A stretch of 64,000 bases of DNA from Balanoglossus misakiensis (Eukaryota; Animalia; Hemichordata), in assembly GCA_040954595.2 (NCBI GenBank), contig CM082598.2, positions 5,905,097 to 5,969,096 on the forward strand, in the 5' to 3' direction. Shown here in pieces: positions 12,600 to 26,400 of this stretch. Position 1 is the first letter of the stretch. Each line of letters starts with the position of its first letter. The translations under genes and the position numbers were made by a program. Below the pieces are notes generated by a model that saw only the letters and a program-made list of their open reading frames with translations, was not told where the DNA came from and did no database searches.

Positions 12600-14095
12600 T
12601 ATACCAGTGGGTCTGTCTGTCTGTCTGTCTGTATGTACGTACGTACGTATATCCGTCCGTCAGTATGTCCGTATGTCCGTCCGTCCGTCTACATCGAAAA
12701 CTTGAAAACCGCTGCACGTGTAATTTGATAAAATTTGATATTTGGTGTGTAGATGAATGCTGGGCTGTAGATGGGAGTTTGTTCAAACGAAGTTGTCATT
12801 GCGAAAATATGCAATTTAGCTGGGAAAAACCTAAATTTGGTCAAAACTCAGAAACTCAACAATCCCTGGTCAAATAAATTTGGTATGCATGTACCTTATA
12901 TGAACCTCACACGGTTCTGTATGTTTTGAGCTAATAGTGTGAATTTTCTATTTTTTATGCATTTTTTTGTCTTTTTCCACATTTTTAGTAAAAAAATCTA
13001 CTTTTTTGAAAGTGATCAACCGACGCCTTTGAAATTTAGTATGGAGCTTTATATGGGTGATCTACGGCGCTCAAATAGGGCCAAATTGAAATCGCCATTT
13101 CACTCAACTCAAATCGCATTTCACTCGACTCAAATCGCAATTTCACTCGATGCATGTGTACGGTGTGGGTATCCCTAAGTTACTTCTCAGTTGTCACGCG
13201 CTTCGATCTGATAAGCGTGTCCATGTCAGAACGCAACATGCCTTCGTCACAACGCGTCATCAAAATTTTAACCATGTCCTTTTTGGTTGTCTTAGAGGGT
13301 CGCAATCGGCGTCGAATTGTTCGTTTGTCTACGTTTTACATGGTGGCTACCTTGGGCGAGGAGACTAAGAACCGTAACTGCTCTTCCGGTACGTCTAAGG
13401 AAGGCCTGCCTCTTGTACCATGGTTCAAAAAAGGCGCTTGGTATGATTCATCGACATGTAAACACACCGTGCTCAGGTTGCTCGAGTGCATGTTGAACCT
13501 CCACCACAACCTGAACAACACGCTCATCGCACATTCCAACGTATAAACTGTGATAAACGTTCGGCAAGACTCATACACCTAGACGCCAAATCTTGTCTAA
13601 AATTTTTGAACGTTCAAATCTGGAAATATCATGGACAAACTTTCCGACACGTAGTTATGCACAAACTCCGTACCTGAAGTCATATTCGTAGATTGGAACC
13701 ATTTCGTACGCAACCCCCTAAGAACCTGATCAGTGACCACTGGAATTCTGACAAGTCATTTCATGAATACGCACGTTCATTTTCAACTGCTCTCATTTTC
13801 AACACATATTTCATGGTAGTATGCTAGGGGACCTGGTTTGAGTTGACTGAAATTGCGATTTGAGTCAAATTGCCATTTGAGTCGAGTGAAACTGCAATTT
13901 GAGTCGAGTGAAATTGCAATTTGAGTCGAGTGAAATTGCGATTTGAATGTTGGCCCCTTTTGAGCGCCATAGTAATCTGAGTACCAAAGTTTTGTTTAAA
14001 TTGCTGCAAAATTTCCATATTTATAATTTTGGAGCAATTTTTGCCTTTTTGATCATTGTTATTCCTGTAAAACCGCTTGTAAGATTGCTTAGAAA
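12600..14095 (+). mobile_element. Helentron/HINE-like non-autonomous fragment split by an IS3EU insertion
   Basis: (GTCT)n/(GTCC)n microsatellite head followed by AAATTTGGTATGCA-type core repeats. The sequence continues after 13977. Confidence 0.5.
13063..13971 (-). mobile_element. IS3EU-type internally deleted DNA transposon
   Basis: Ends TACGGCGCTC...GAGCGCCATA, with a 6-bp TSD GTGATC/GTAATC (GTGATC in the duplicate at 28135-28140). Subterminal ~22-bp repeats ATTTCACTCGACTCAAATCGC. The remnant GRPSLDVPEEQLRFL...VATM*NVDKRTIRRRL is HTH-like. Confidence 0.8.
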
Positions 14096-14915
14096 TGCAA
14101 TCATACAAATTGATCAGCACAATTATTGGTATATTGTTCATTGCTAGATGCTCTACTCACAATGGATATATTCTCTTTGCGTGCTCACAAAGGTTCTTTG
14201 CGTGCAGTCAAATACACACAGCACTGAACCTCAAAAGTTGACATTTTCTGCAACAATTAAACCATAACATTATGCAAACAATTTATGGAATCATATCACA
14301 TAATACATTTATATTTTCATTTTCTATGGTGTTGATTCGAAATCCAGTCAGTATCTCATTTTCTTTTCCACATAGAAACAAACTGTCGGCCCCATTTTAC
14401 CATAAAGCTCCGGTCTATGTACATGTATTAGTCCCACCATGAACAACGTCCATAATCGCACGTATCTCTTCTTGTACGTGGAAGCGATTAGTTCCACTTT
14501 GGGCGTAACACCCTGACTGTTTTGTCGATGTCGTCGCTCGATACTGCACAGATATAATCAATCAACATGAATCGTTAACGTTTAAGCTTCGACCTACTAT
14601 CCCTATGTGTAGCTGAGTGCCAATTACTGTTAGCAACAATGTTATTTTGCGATGATTTTTGAGTTAAGCAATATGTCACTCAAAGGAGTGGGTGTGGCCA
14701 TGGTGTTGCGATGTTATACGCACATTAATCAAAGATGTCGCTTTGGTCTAAAAACACAATTTGTTCCGACACGTTCTTGTCTCAATTAAAAGTCTCTGCG
14801 TTCTGATGATACCAAGAGGCGATGGTACGATCAGAGTTTATTTTGGCCAGAGTGAAAGATACCTGTGTTCTCTCTGATAATTTAACCCCAAGGTTGGTAT
14901 AGATTCCCCTCTTAA

Positions 14916-15317
14916 GGATGTACGTGCAGAACAAAAACTTGGAAACTGTGTAAATTAGTATGAATTTGTCTTTTCTCATAAATTATTACATTGAGAATCG
15001 CTACAAAAACTCACTTCTTCTATTGTCATTTTCACGAAATTATACAAATAGTCAGTCAAGTAAAAGTAAATTCAGTGGTCAAATAAAATCGTGTGGTCAC
15101 CGCGCTCTATTTTGAGATAAACTTTGTTAAATGTTTTGCCCATAGACAGACCATTGATGAAAAATGCTGACTCATTCATAGCCTTGTATTTCGAAAACAA
15201 GGGCTGTGAAACCTATATGTTATCACATTTTTTGTAATGCTTACAATTTAAGGAGAAACCAAAAATGTTCAATTAAAAGAAATGACAATACATTCAATTT
15301 TACTGATCGTACATCCT
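14916..15317. mobile_element. TTAA-flanked MITE family A (Kolobok-like, GGATGTACG ends)
   Basis: TTAA|GGATGTACG...CGTACATCC|TTAA. Another copy lies at ~31067-31452 and partial copies at 24441 and 29870. Confidence 0.8.
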
Positions 15318-16912
15318 TAACAAAATTTCTCAAAGAATGTTTGGTAACAGGCTTTCAGTATCTTTGCCATTGTCAACGTTTTGCCATCTCTAAAGATCAT
15401 GAAAAAAATATTTTTGAATGGAGTACCCTCGGAAACCACTTAAAATGTTGTGTGTTTATCTGTGTGATACCATGAGGCGATCGATGATATGGTCAGGGCA
15501 TTATGGCCAAAGGGGACCGTACCTGTCCTTTCTGATAAGGGCTATATCACAAACAAAGAGAAAATTGTATCTCGTTATCTAAATTTGACTGCAAGGGCGA
15601 ATTAAATTTCCAATCCAAACATGAAAATTTAGCATCTATATTCAAGTGTATTGTGACCTTAATTGGAAATTGGCAATTATATACGACTAAAAGTTTATAG
15701 CTTTATAGTTCATCCCCGAGATTTCTCCAATATAATCCAATAAACCGAACTGTTTGGGTGCTGTCATACAGTATTATAGTCATTTACATCCAAAACAGTT
15801 CTAAAACTCAAATTCAATATTGTTTACACTGTTTGTTGCTCATGAACTTTGACCTCAAGTTGAAACATGAAATAAATCAGTGGAGACAATCTGACCGAAA
15901 ATTAACCTCATTGCCTTATCCAGTCCATCCGTATGAAGCCTGTTTGTCCAGGCAAGAAAGCCATATATACCTGAGCATAGCCATATTTTGAAGCAACAAG
16001 CTTTAGAGTCAAACAGGGTAATTGAAGAGATATTTCTGTAGATAGATATAGTCCATTTTGACCTAGTTGTATCAAACAAAGAAGCTTGCTGGAAAGAATT
16101 GAAAACCGCCTGTGCTGTTTTGGCCGATTTTTGCGTACGACTAAACGGTGCAAAGTTGTTTCTGTTCAGCTCGCGTCTTCGGTGCCCCAGCTCATATAGA
16201 TGTGGTGCCTTCGTGCCTGGGGAGTGATGACTGCTGACAGGCTAAAGCTTGGGCTCCGGGAATGTGGGCTAATTGCTCTGACTGACTCGATAACTCTACA
16301 ATTAATGTGGATTAATTAAATCTTGACATAACGAATGAAGTCAAGTTTGGCCCACAAAACTTCAGTTATATGTTTCACTATTTATGAAAAAAAAACTTGA
16401 CATTGCATTAGTAAAGTTTAAAGTAGCCATTTCTATCACATGAATGTTTCCAAAAACAAACATGAAAACATGGAATGAGAATTGTGTAAAATTAATAATT
16501 CCATTGACATCGGCCGGCACCTGTGAAGATGCTCCCATCCCTGCCAAAGGAAATAAACCATTGCTAATGTTTTACACAGCAGACTAAATGGCAGGTTTGA
16601 AGGACACAATTATAAAACAGAACAGAACCAAAAATATTGAATAGAAAATGCGATCATACAAATTGATCGGCACAATTATTGGTATATGCACAGGGTTCTT
16701 TGCGTGCAGTCAAATACAGCACTGAACCTCAAAATTTGTAATTTGTTTGCAACTATGAAACCATAATATTTAATGCAAACGATTTATGGAATCATATCAC
16801 ATAAGTCATTTATATTTTCATTTTCTATGGTGTTGATTTGAAACCCAGTCAGTATCTCATATTCTGTTCCACATAGAAACAAACTTTCAGCCTCATTTTA
16901 CCATAAAGCTCC

Positions 16913-19900
16913 TACCCTAGGAAATAGGTGCCGTTAATCAGAATTTTTGGTAAGGAAGGTATGAAAATGGTGCTGATTCCAAAAAAGTCAGTCTTATTGA
17001 CCCCACTCAAGACAAAATTGCCATTTTGGCCATTTTTAACCCCAAAAGGTCATTTTTAGAAAACACTAAAAACACACTGTTTTCGTCACATTCTGAGATC
17101 TGATGACATATGATATGTTTATTCCATGTAAAATTTGGTGAATAATACGAAAAAAGCAGTCAGATTGACCCAAAACAACACAAAATTGCCTTTTTGACCA
17201 TTTTTTGCCCCAAAACGTAATTTTTAGAAAAAAATTAAAACACATGGTTTTCTTCATAATGATTTATCTGGTGATATATGGAAAGTCAATTCTATGTTAA
17301 AAGTGGTGACTTAAAAAAGTAAAGCCGTTTTTTTACCTCAATCAATACAAAATAGCCATTTTTGGCCACTTTTTGAGGTGAAAAAAGGTCATTTTTACAA
17401 AAAAACTAAAAACAAATTGTTTTCTTCATCTTCAGAGATCATTTGATATATGAAATGTTCATTGTATGTAAAAAATGATGCTGATTCCAGAAAAAGCAGT
17501 CTTATTGACCCTACTCAAGAAAAAATGCCATTTTTGCCACTTTATGCCCAAAAACGTCATTTTTAGAAAACACCCAAAGCTTACATATTTTCTTCACTTT
17601 CGGAGATCTGATAATGTATTATATGCCCACCCTATGTGAAATATTTCCAAAAAAGCAGTTTTATTGCTGCCACTCAAGATAAAAGCGCCTTTTTGACAAG
17701 TTTTTGCCCAAAAAGTGTCATTTCTAGAAACACTCAAATCTTTTATATTTTCTTCATTTTCGGAGTTCTGATGATGTATTATATACCCACTCTATGTGAA
17801 AAAAAAAAAAAAAAAAAACGTTTTACTTGCGCCGCTTTTTTGGCAAGTTTTTTGCCCAAAAAGCCACTTTTCGAAAATCATTAAAAACAAACTGTTTGAT
17901 TCTTATTTGGAGATTCTATGATGTGTGAAAAGTACATTTTATGTAAAATAGGTGTTGTTTCCAGAAATGCAGTCTTATTGACCTCAACCATGATGAAATC
18001 ACCTTTTTGGCACAAAATTGTTATTTTTAAGAATATATTAATAGCATTCTCTTTTCTTCATTTTCGGTGATCTTATTATACAAAAATAAGCCCATTCTAT
18101 ATTGAAACGTGGTTACTGTTCCAAAACAGAAGTCTTACTTCCCCTATTCAATAGAAAATTGTAATTTCGGCCACTTTTTTGGTCAAAAATGTCCATTAAA
18201 AACAAACATACTAAAGACAAATTGTTTTCTTCATATTCAGAGATCTGATCATGTCTGAAAAGTCCATTCTGTGTAAAATTATAGCAATAATGACGACGCC
18301 CTGACCATTAACGTTTGTTTATGGGCAAGGGCGAGGGGAAAGCCAAAACATTCACGGGCGAGGCTTCCGAGCCCATGCATTTTGGCTTTTCTCGAGCCCG
18401 CGCCCATAAACAAACGTTAATGGTCAGGGCGGAGTCGGTTATTTCCATTATATTACCAACGAAATCAAGAAAACCGTCAACATTTACGAAAATGTGCCAC
18501 TAGGGGCCCCGTAACTTGTGTTACCCAAATGTTGCATTCACTGACCTGTTTGCTAATATTACTATTCAGATTTACAGGCATGTAAACAAACCATTACTGA
18601 GTATTTGTGGTCAGTGACGTCGTTCATCTCGACCAATTAAAATGCGACGCACAGGCCATGGTAATGTAATTGGTGGCTATTCCCAAAACGGCAGTCTGGT
18701 TGGCCCACTCTAGTCAAAATTGCCTTTTTGGCTATTTGTAGCCAAAACTAGATATAGTCAAGAAAAATTTATCCTTTTAGCCATTTTGTACCGAAAAAAT
18801 GTTTGTATTTGGAGTTTTTGCAAAATTAGCCCAAGTTGAACTCATAATGGTGATGAAACAGCGTCGAGAGAAAAAGAAGTTACAAAATGAACAAAACTCG
18901 CGTTGATGAAAGTAAACACGCTGCCCGGGACCAAGCTCTTAACATGATACAGATGACAAAAGACAGGCATTGCACATTGCCCAAATATTCCCATACAGCA
19001 GTTCCAAATTAAAACGTCAAGGAATTTAAGTGTTTTTATTATATTTATTTCGTTTAAGCCTACGTTTTCCCTGCTGCGTGCTAGTTCAGGGGCCGGTTTT
19101 AGCAGTGCTCTATTGAGTATTCTAGCATCGTTTGATTGCATTCCTGTCCAATCAGAATGACGGAGGTATCATATTATATTATAATATAATTTCTGATTTT
19201 GTATTCAGATTGAAGAGAATACATTTCAACAATCTCTCCCGAGCTGGCACATCTGGAAATAAATATTTCACACCACGCATAATCGACTTATAGTAGACAG
19301 TGCGTATACATGGATCGTCTTATTGTTGAGTTCAGTTTTTGGCTAAATGTGCCAAATTGTGGCAACTCTGTCTTTCAACATCATCAATTCAATTGATATT
19401 ATATGGTTATGACGTTTTAAATATGCATATACAACATCAGAACTCAAAAGGAAAAAAACATCAATTATATTTCTTTTCTGAAAATGACTATTGTTGACCA
19501 AAAGATGGCTAATTGGCAATTTTGTACTGAGCGGGGTGTCTCAATAAGACCGTTGTGCTGATATCAGCATATTTTTTTGCAAAAAAAAACCGGAATTTCC
19601 ATAATCACAAGAGCTCTGAATATGAAGAAATAAGTTTGTTTTTATTTTTTCTCACAGTTACCTTTTTGAGTAAAAAGGCCAAAATGGTACTTTTTCCCTC
19701 TGTGGGGTCAGTAAGAGTGGGTTTTTTAAATGTCACTACTTTCAAGATAGAATAGACTTTTATTTATCATTAGATCACCATTGGGAAGAAAATGGCATAT
19801 TTTTTACTATTTTCTAGAAATGACACTTTTTGGGCAAAAACTTGTCAAAAAGGCGCTTTTATCTTGAGTGGCACCAATAAAACTGCTTTTTTTGGACATT

Positions 19901-20826
19901 TTTCAGTGGGCATATAATACATTATCAGATCTTCGAAAGTGAAGAAAATATGTAAGCTTTGGATGTTTTCTAGAAATGACGTTTTGGGCAAAAAGTGTCA
20001 AAAATGGCAATTTTGTCTTGAGTAGGGTCAATAAGACTGCTATTTCTGGAATCAGCACCATTTTTTACATAGAATGGACTTCTCAAACCTTCCTTGCCAA
20101 AATTTCTGATTAACGGCACCTATCTCCTGAACTACCAGTCTATGTACACATAGTAGTCCCACCATGAACAACGTCTATAATCGCACGTATCTATTCTTGT
20201 ACGTGGAAGCAATTAGTTCCACTTTGGGCGTAACACCCTGACCGTTTTGTAGATTTCGCCGCTCGATACTGAATGATCTCTGAATATGAAGAAAAAAATT
20301 AGTTTTTAGTTTTTTTTGTAAACATGACCTTTTTTGACCTCAAAAAGTGGCCAAAAATGGCTATTTTGTATTGATTGATGTAAAAATAATCTGCTTTACT
20401 TTTTAAAGTCACCACTTTTAACATAGAATTGACCCCTCCATATATCACCAGATAAATCATTATGAAGAAAACCATGTGATTTAATTTTTTTCTAAAAATG
20501 GCGTTTTTGGGCAAAAAATGGTCAAAAAGGCAATTTTGTGTTGTTTTGGGTCAATCTGACTGCTTTTTTTCGTATTATTCACCAAAATTTACATAGAATA
20601 AACATATCATATGTCATCAGATCTCAGAATGTGACGAAAACAGTGTGTTTTTAGTGTTTTCTAAAAATGACCTTTCTTGGGTTTAAAACGGCTAAATTGC
20701 AATTTTGTTTTGAGTGGGGTCAATAAGACTGACTTTTTTGGAATCAGCACCATTTTTTACTTAGAATGGACTTTTCAAACCTTCCTTACCAAAATTTCTG
20801 ATTAACGGCACCTATCTCCTGAACTA
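16913..20826. mobile_element. Large foldback-like element with AT-rich ~145-bp subrepeats
   Basis: The left end AGGAAATAGGTGCCGTTAATCAGAA (~16919) is inverted relative to TTCTGATTAACGGCACCTATCTCCT at ~20104-20128 and again at ~20796-20820 (right end duplicated). The arms are built of GCAGTCTTATTGACC-containing units. It interrupts the array motif GCTCC|AGTCTATG. Confidence 0.7.
18281..18670. mobile_element. Crypton-like non-autonomous element with internal palindrome
   Basis: Perfect 30-bp inverted arms at 18297-18326 and 18402-18431. A second copy at ~35951-36241 sits at a different site with no TSD. The family assignment is by resemblance only. Confidence 0.5.
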
Positions 20827-21466
20827 CCAGTCTATGTACATATAGTAGTCCAACCAGGAACAACGTCTATAATCTTACGTATCTCTTCTTGTACGTGGAA
20901 GCGATGAGTTCCACTTTGGGCGTAACACCCTGACTGTTTTGTCGATGTCGCCGCTCGATACTACACAGATAAAACTAATCAATATGAATTGTTAAAGTTT
21001 AAGCTTCGACCTACATTCCTATGTATAGCTGAGTGCCAATTACTGTTAGCAACAATGTTATTTTGCGATGATTTTTGAGTTAAGCAAGATGTCACTCAAA
21101 GGAGTGGGTGTGGCCATGGTATTGTGATGTTATACGCACATTGATCAAAGATGTCGGTTTGGTCTAAAAACACAATTTGTTCAGACACGTTCTTACTGCG
21201 TTTGGATGATACCAAATCTGATTAAAAGATGCCAAGAGGCGACGGTACGATCTGATTTTTTTTGGCCTGATTGGAAGACACGTGTGTTCTCTCTGATAAT
21301 TTAGCCCCAAAGTTGCTATAGACTCCCCTCTTAAGGATGTACGTACAGAACGTTTGGATGATACGAAGAGGCGACTGTACGATCAGGGTGTTTATGGCCA
21401 GGGTGGAAGATACCTGTGTTCTCTCTGATAATTTAGCCCCAAAGTTGCTATAGATTTCCTTCTTAA

Positions 21467-22193
21467 GGTGGCATTGCACGAAACCGTCAAGACTTTTTCA
21501 GAGGCCTATTTCTCATCAAAGACAACGTCAAAACCCCTATAAACCATACATATTCTGGAAGCTGAGTTTTTGAACTTTTGTTTTAATTGCACATTTTATT
21601 GACCCCTGGAAATGGTGGTGTTATTGGGTTAATTTTTTTTTTTTGATATTATGTCATTCAATTGAAATTAGGTAAAAAAGTTGACCATGCATCATGCATC
21701 TTAATATGTCATTCGAAACTAGAGTACACGTGCAAAAAACAAAATTTTGTTTTGCGTTATCTGCTTCCATTGAGGAGTAACAGCGTTTGAAAGTTAGAAT
21801 TTTCGAAAATTTGATCACATTCACAGTGAGTTGTATTGAATCAGAGTTTATTCCCGCCAGGGACACTTTATCGACTGAATATTTTTCCTGTTGCTAGATG
21901 GTTCATACACAATCCCCTGTTAAAATTTGAGCAAATTCGGCCAACGCAGAGCGAAGCTAAATTCTTCTGAAGTTGTCAAAAGCGGCGAAAATACTAACTG
22001 AGAAAAACGGCAATTTGTATTGTTGACACCTATTTTTTAAGCTGTGGACTCATTCAGAAAAGTGCTATTTTTGGGTGATTATGCACCATTTCCGCCAAGA
22101 CGTATTAGTCAGGATGTGGGTCAGTATTAGATCTACCGTTTTATGTAAAAAGTAAAATTTGGCAGAAATCACAACTTTTCATGCAATGCCACC
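21467..22193. mobile_element. TTAA-flanked MITE family B (Kolobok-like, GGTGGCATTGCA ends, ~727 bp)
   Basis: TTAA|GGTGGCATTGCACGAAA...TTTCATGCAATGCCACC|TTAA. Other copies: ~11393-11998 (5' truncated), ~24689-25150, ~25688-26416, ~33549-34254 and ~37780-38200. Confidence 0.85.
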
Positions 22194-23291
22194 TTAACAC
22201 GATTTTTCAAAGAATGTTTGGTAACAGGCTTATAGCATCTTTGCCATCTCTAAAGATCACGAAAAAACAAATTTTGAATGGAGTACCCTCGGAAACCACT
22301 TACAATTTAGTGTGTTTTTCTGTGTGATACCATGAGGCGATCGATGATATGGTCAGGGCATTATGGCCAAAGGGGACCGTACCTGTCCTTTCTGATAAGA
22401 GCTACATCACAAACAAAGAGAAAATTGTTTCTCATTATCTACATTAGACTGCATGGGCGAATCAAATTTCCAATCCCAACATGCAAATTTAGCATCTACA
22501 TTCAAGTGTATTGTTACCTAAATTGGATATTGGCAATTAAATACGACTAAACGTTTATAGCTTTATAGTTCATCTCCGCAATTTCTCCAATATAATCCAA
22601 TAAACTGTTTGGCGGCTGTCATACTGTATTATAGTCATTTACATCCAAACCCCTTTTAAAACGCAAATTCAAAATTGTTTACACGTTTGTTGCTCATGAA
22701 CTTTGGCCTCAAGTTGAAACATGAAGTGAATCAGTGGAGACAATCTGACCGAAAATTCATTTTCATTGCCTCATCCAGTCCACCCTTATTAAACCATATA
22801 CCTAAGCATTGCCATATTTTGAAGCAACAAGTTATAGAGTGAAACAGGGTAAACTGAAGAGATATTTCTGTAGATAGATATAGTCCATTTTGACCTAGTT
22901 CTATCAAACAAAGAGGATTGCTGGACAGACTTGAAAACCGCCTTTGCTGTTTTGGCCAAGTTTTGCGTACGACTAAACTGTGCAAAGTTGTTTTTGTTCA
23001 GCTCGCGTCTTCGGTGCCTCAGCTCACATAGATGAGGTGCCTTCGTGCCTGGGGAGTGATGATTGCTGATAGTCTAAAGTTTGGGTTTCTAGGAAGGGTG
23101 CTAATTGCTCTGATTGACTCGATAAGTCTACAATTAATGTGGATTAATTAAATATTGACAGAATGAAGAAGGGACAATTATGAAGTCAAATTAGGCCAAC
23201 AAAACATCAGTTATGTGTTTCACTATTTATGGAAAAAATAACTTGACATTGCTTTAGTACATGTAAAGTTTAAAATAGCCATTTCTATCAC

Positions 23292-23447
23292 TAGACTCTC
23301 TCACAGCCCATGGCTCGCTACAAGGCTTTTCACTGACGCGCCCAGAACCGTTTAGCAACGGAGAAGCCTCAAATGGTGTTGCGTAGCGAACCTTGCAATC
23401 AGACCATAAGCCTGCATCGACTGCGAAGGGGGCTGTGAGAGAGTCCT
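23292..23447. mobile_element. 156-bp AcademH-type MITE, 9-bp TSD
   Basis: TAGACTCTCTCACAGCCC...GGGCTGTGAGAGAGTC, flanked by TTCTATCAC at 23283-23291 and 23448-23456. Empty sites are present in the units at ~16431 and ~32562. Confidence 0.88.
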
Positions 23448-26400
23448 TTCTATCACATGAATGTCTCCAAAAGCTAACATGAAAACATGGAATGAGAATT
23501 GTGTAATATTAATTCCATTGACATCGGCGGGCGCGGGTGTAGATACTTCCATCCCTGTCAAAGGAAATAAAACGATGACACAATTATAAAACAAAACAGA
23601 AACAACAATTTTGAATGGACAATCATACAAATTGATCGGCACAATTATTGGTATATGCACAGGGTTCATTGATAGATGCACTGCACACAATGGATATATT
23701 TTATTTGCGTGCTCACAAAGTTTCTTTGCGTGCAGTCAAATACACACAGCACTGAACATCAAAAGTTGTCATTTTCTGTAACAATTAAACCATAATATTT
23801 AATGCAAACAATTATGGAGTAATTATATGTAATTCATTTGTACTTTTCTTTTCTTTGGTGTTGATTTGAAACCCAGTCATATTCTGTTTCACATAGAAAC
23901 AAACTTTCAGCCTCATTTTACCATAAAGCTCCAGTCTATATGTACATGTTTTAGTCCCGCCATGAAAGACGTCCATAATCGCACGTATCTCTTCTTGTAC
24001 GTAGAAGCGATTGGTTCCACTGTGGACGTAACGACCTGACTGTTTTGTCGATGTCGCCGCTCGATACTGCACAGAAAAAAAAAAACAAATCAACATGAAT
24101 CGTTAAAGTTTAAGCTTGGACCTACTATCCCTATGTATAGTTGAGTGCCAATTACTGTTAGCAACAATGTTATTTAGCGATGATTTTTGAGTTAAGCAAA
24201 ATATCACTCAAAGGAGTGGGTGTGGCCATGGTGTTGTGATGTTATACACACATTAATCAAATATGTCGCTTTGGTCTACAAACAATTTGTCCAGACACGT
24301 TCTTGTCTCACTTAAACGTCACTGTATTTGGATGATACCAAGAGGCGACGGTACGATCAGAGTTTTTTTTGACCAGAGTGGAAGATACCTGTGTTCTCTC
24401 TGATAATTTATCCCCAAAGTTGCTATAGATTTCCCTCTTAGGGATGTACGTGCAGAACATAAACTTGTAAACTGTGCAAATTAGTATTGGTGTTGGCCAT
24501 GGTGTTGTGATGTTATACGCACATTAATCAAAGATATCTCACTTAAAAGTCTCTGCGTTTGGATGATACCAAGAGGCGACGGTACGATCAGAGTGGGTTT
24601 TTTTTGGGGGGGGGGGGGGGGCAGAGTAGAAGATACATGGGTTCTCTCTGATAATTTAGCCCCAAAGTTGCTATAGATTTCCTTTTAAGTCTGCATTGCA
24701 CGAAATCGTCAAGACTTTTCAGAGGCCTATTTCTCATCAAAGACAACGTTAAAACCCCAATAAACTATACATATTCTGGAAGCTGAGTTTTTGAACTTTT
24801 GTTTTAATTGCACATTTTATTGACCCCTGGAAATGGTGGTGTTATTGGGGTAAAAAACATTTTTTGATATTATGTCATTCAATTGAAATAAGTTAAAAAG
24901 TTGACCATGCATCATGCATCTTAATATGTCATTCGAAACAAGAGTACACGTGCAAACAACAAAATTCTGTTTTGCGTTATCTGCTTCCATTGAGGAGTAA
25001 CAGCGTTTGAAAGTTAGAATTTTAGAAAATTTGAACACATTCACGGTGAGTTGTATTGAATCAGAGTTTATTCCCGCCAGGGACACTTTATCGACTGAAT
25101 ATTTTTCCTGTTGCTAGATGGGTCATACACAATCCCCTGTTAAAATTTGACCATTTTCTATGGTGTTGGTTTGAAATTTAGTCAGTATCTCATTTTCTGT
25201 TCCACATAGAAACAAACTGTCAGCCTCATTTTACCATAAAGCTCCAGTCTATGTACATGTAGTAGTCCCACCATGAACGATGTCCATAGTCGCACGTATC
25301 TCTTCTTGTACGTGGAAGCAATTAGTTCCACTTTGGGCGTAACACCTTGACTGTTTTGTCGATGTCGCCGCTCGATACTGCACAGAAAAAAACAAATCAA
25401 CATGAATCGATGATTTTTGAGTTAATCAAGATGTCACTCAAAGGAGTGGGTGTGGCCATGGTGTTGTGATGTTATACGCACATTAATCAAAGATTGTGCT
25501 TTGGTCTAAAAATACAATTTGTTCAGACATGTTTTTGTCTCACGCAAAAGTCTCTGCGCTTGGATGATACCAAGAGGTGACGGTACAATCAGGTTATTTT
25601 TTTTGGGGGGGGGGCAGAGTAGAAGATACCTGTGTTCTCTCTGATAATTTTAATTTTGCCCCAAAGTTGCTATAGATTTCCTTTTAAGTAGGCATTGCAC
25701 GAAACCGTCAAGACTTTTTCAGGGGCCTATTTCTCATCAAAGACAACGTTAAAACCCCTATAAACCATACATATTCTGGAAGCTGAGTTTTTGAACTTTT
25801 GTTTTAATTGCACATTTTATTGACCCCTGGAAATGGTGGTGTTATTGGGTTAAAAACATTTTTTGATATTATGTCATTCAATTGAAATTAGGTTAAAAAG
25901 TTGACCATGCATCATGCATCTTAATATGTCATTCGAAACTAGAGTACACGTGCAAAAAACAAAATTTTGTTTTGCGTTATCTGCTTCCATTGAGGAGTAA
26001 TAGCGTTTGAAAGTTAGAATTTTAGAAAATTTGATCACATTCACGGTGAGTTGTATTGAATCAGAGTTTATTCCCGCCAGGGACACTTTATCGACTAAAT
26101 ATTTTTCCTGTTGCTAGATGGGTCATACACAATCCCCTGTTAAAATTTGAGCATATTCGGCCAACGCCGAGCGAAGCTAAATTCTTCTGAAGTTGTCAAG
26201 AGCAGCGAAAATGCAAACTGAAAAAAAACGGCCATTTGCATTGTTGACACCTATTTGTTAAGCTGTGAACTCAATCAGAAAAGTGCTATTTTTGGTTGAT
26301 TATGCACCATTTCCGCCAAGACGCATTTGTCAGAATGTGGATCAGTATTAGATTTACCGATTTATGTAAAACAAGTGAAATTTGGCAGAAATCACAACTT

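Noticed and set aside
21467-22193. Family B copies as paired long direct repeats of a KolobokP element
   Set aside because: No transposase lies between the copies and all share the same flanks, so they were multiplied by array duplication. A solo-repeat origin cannot be excluded.
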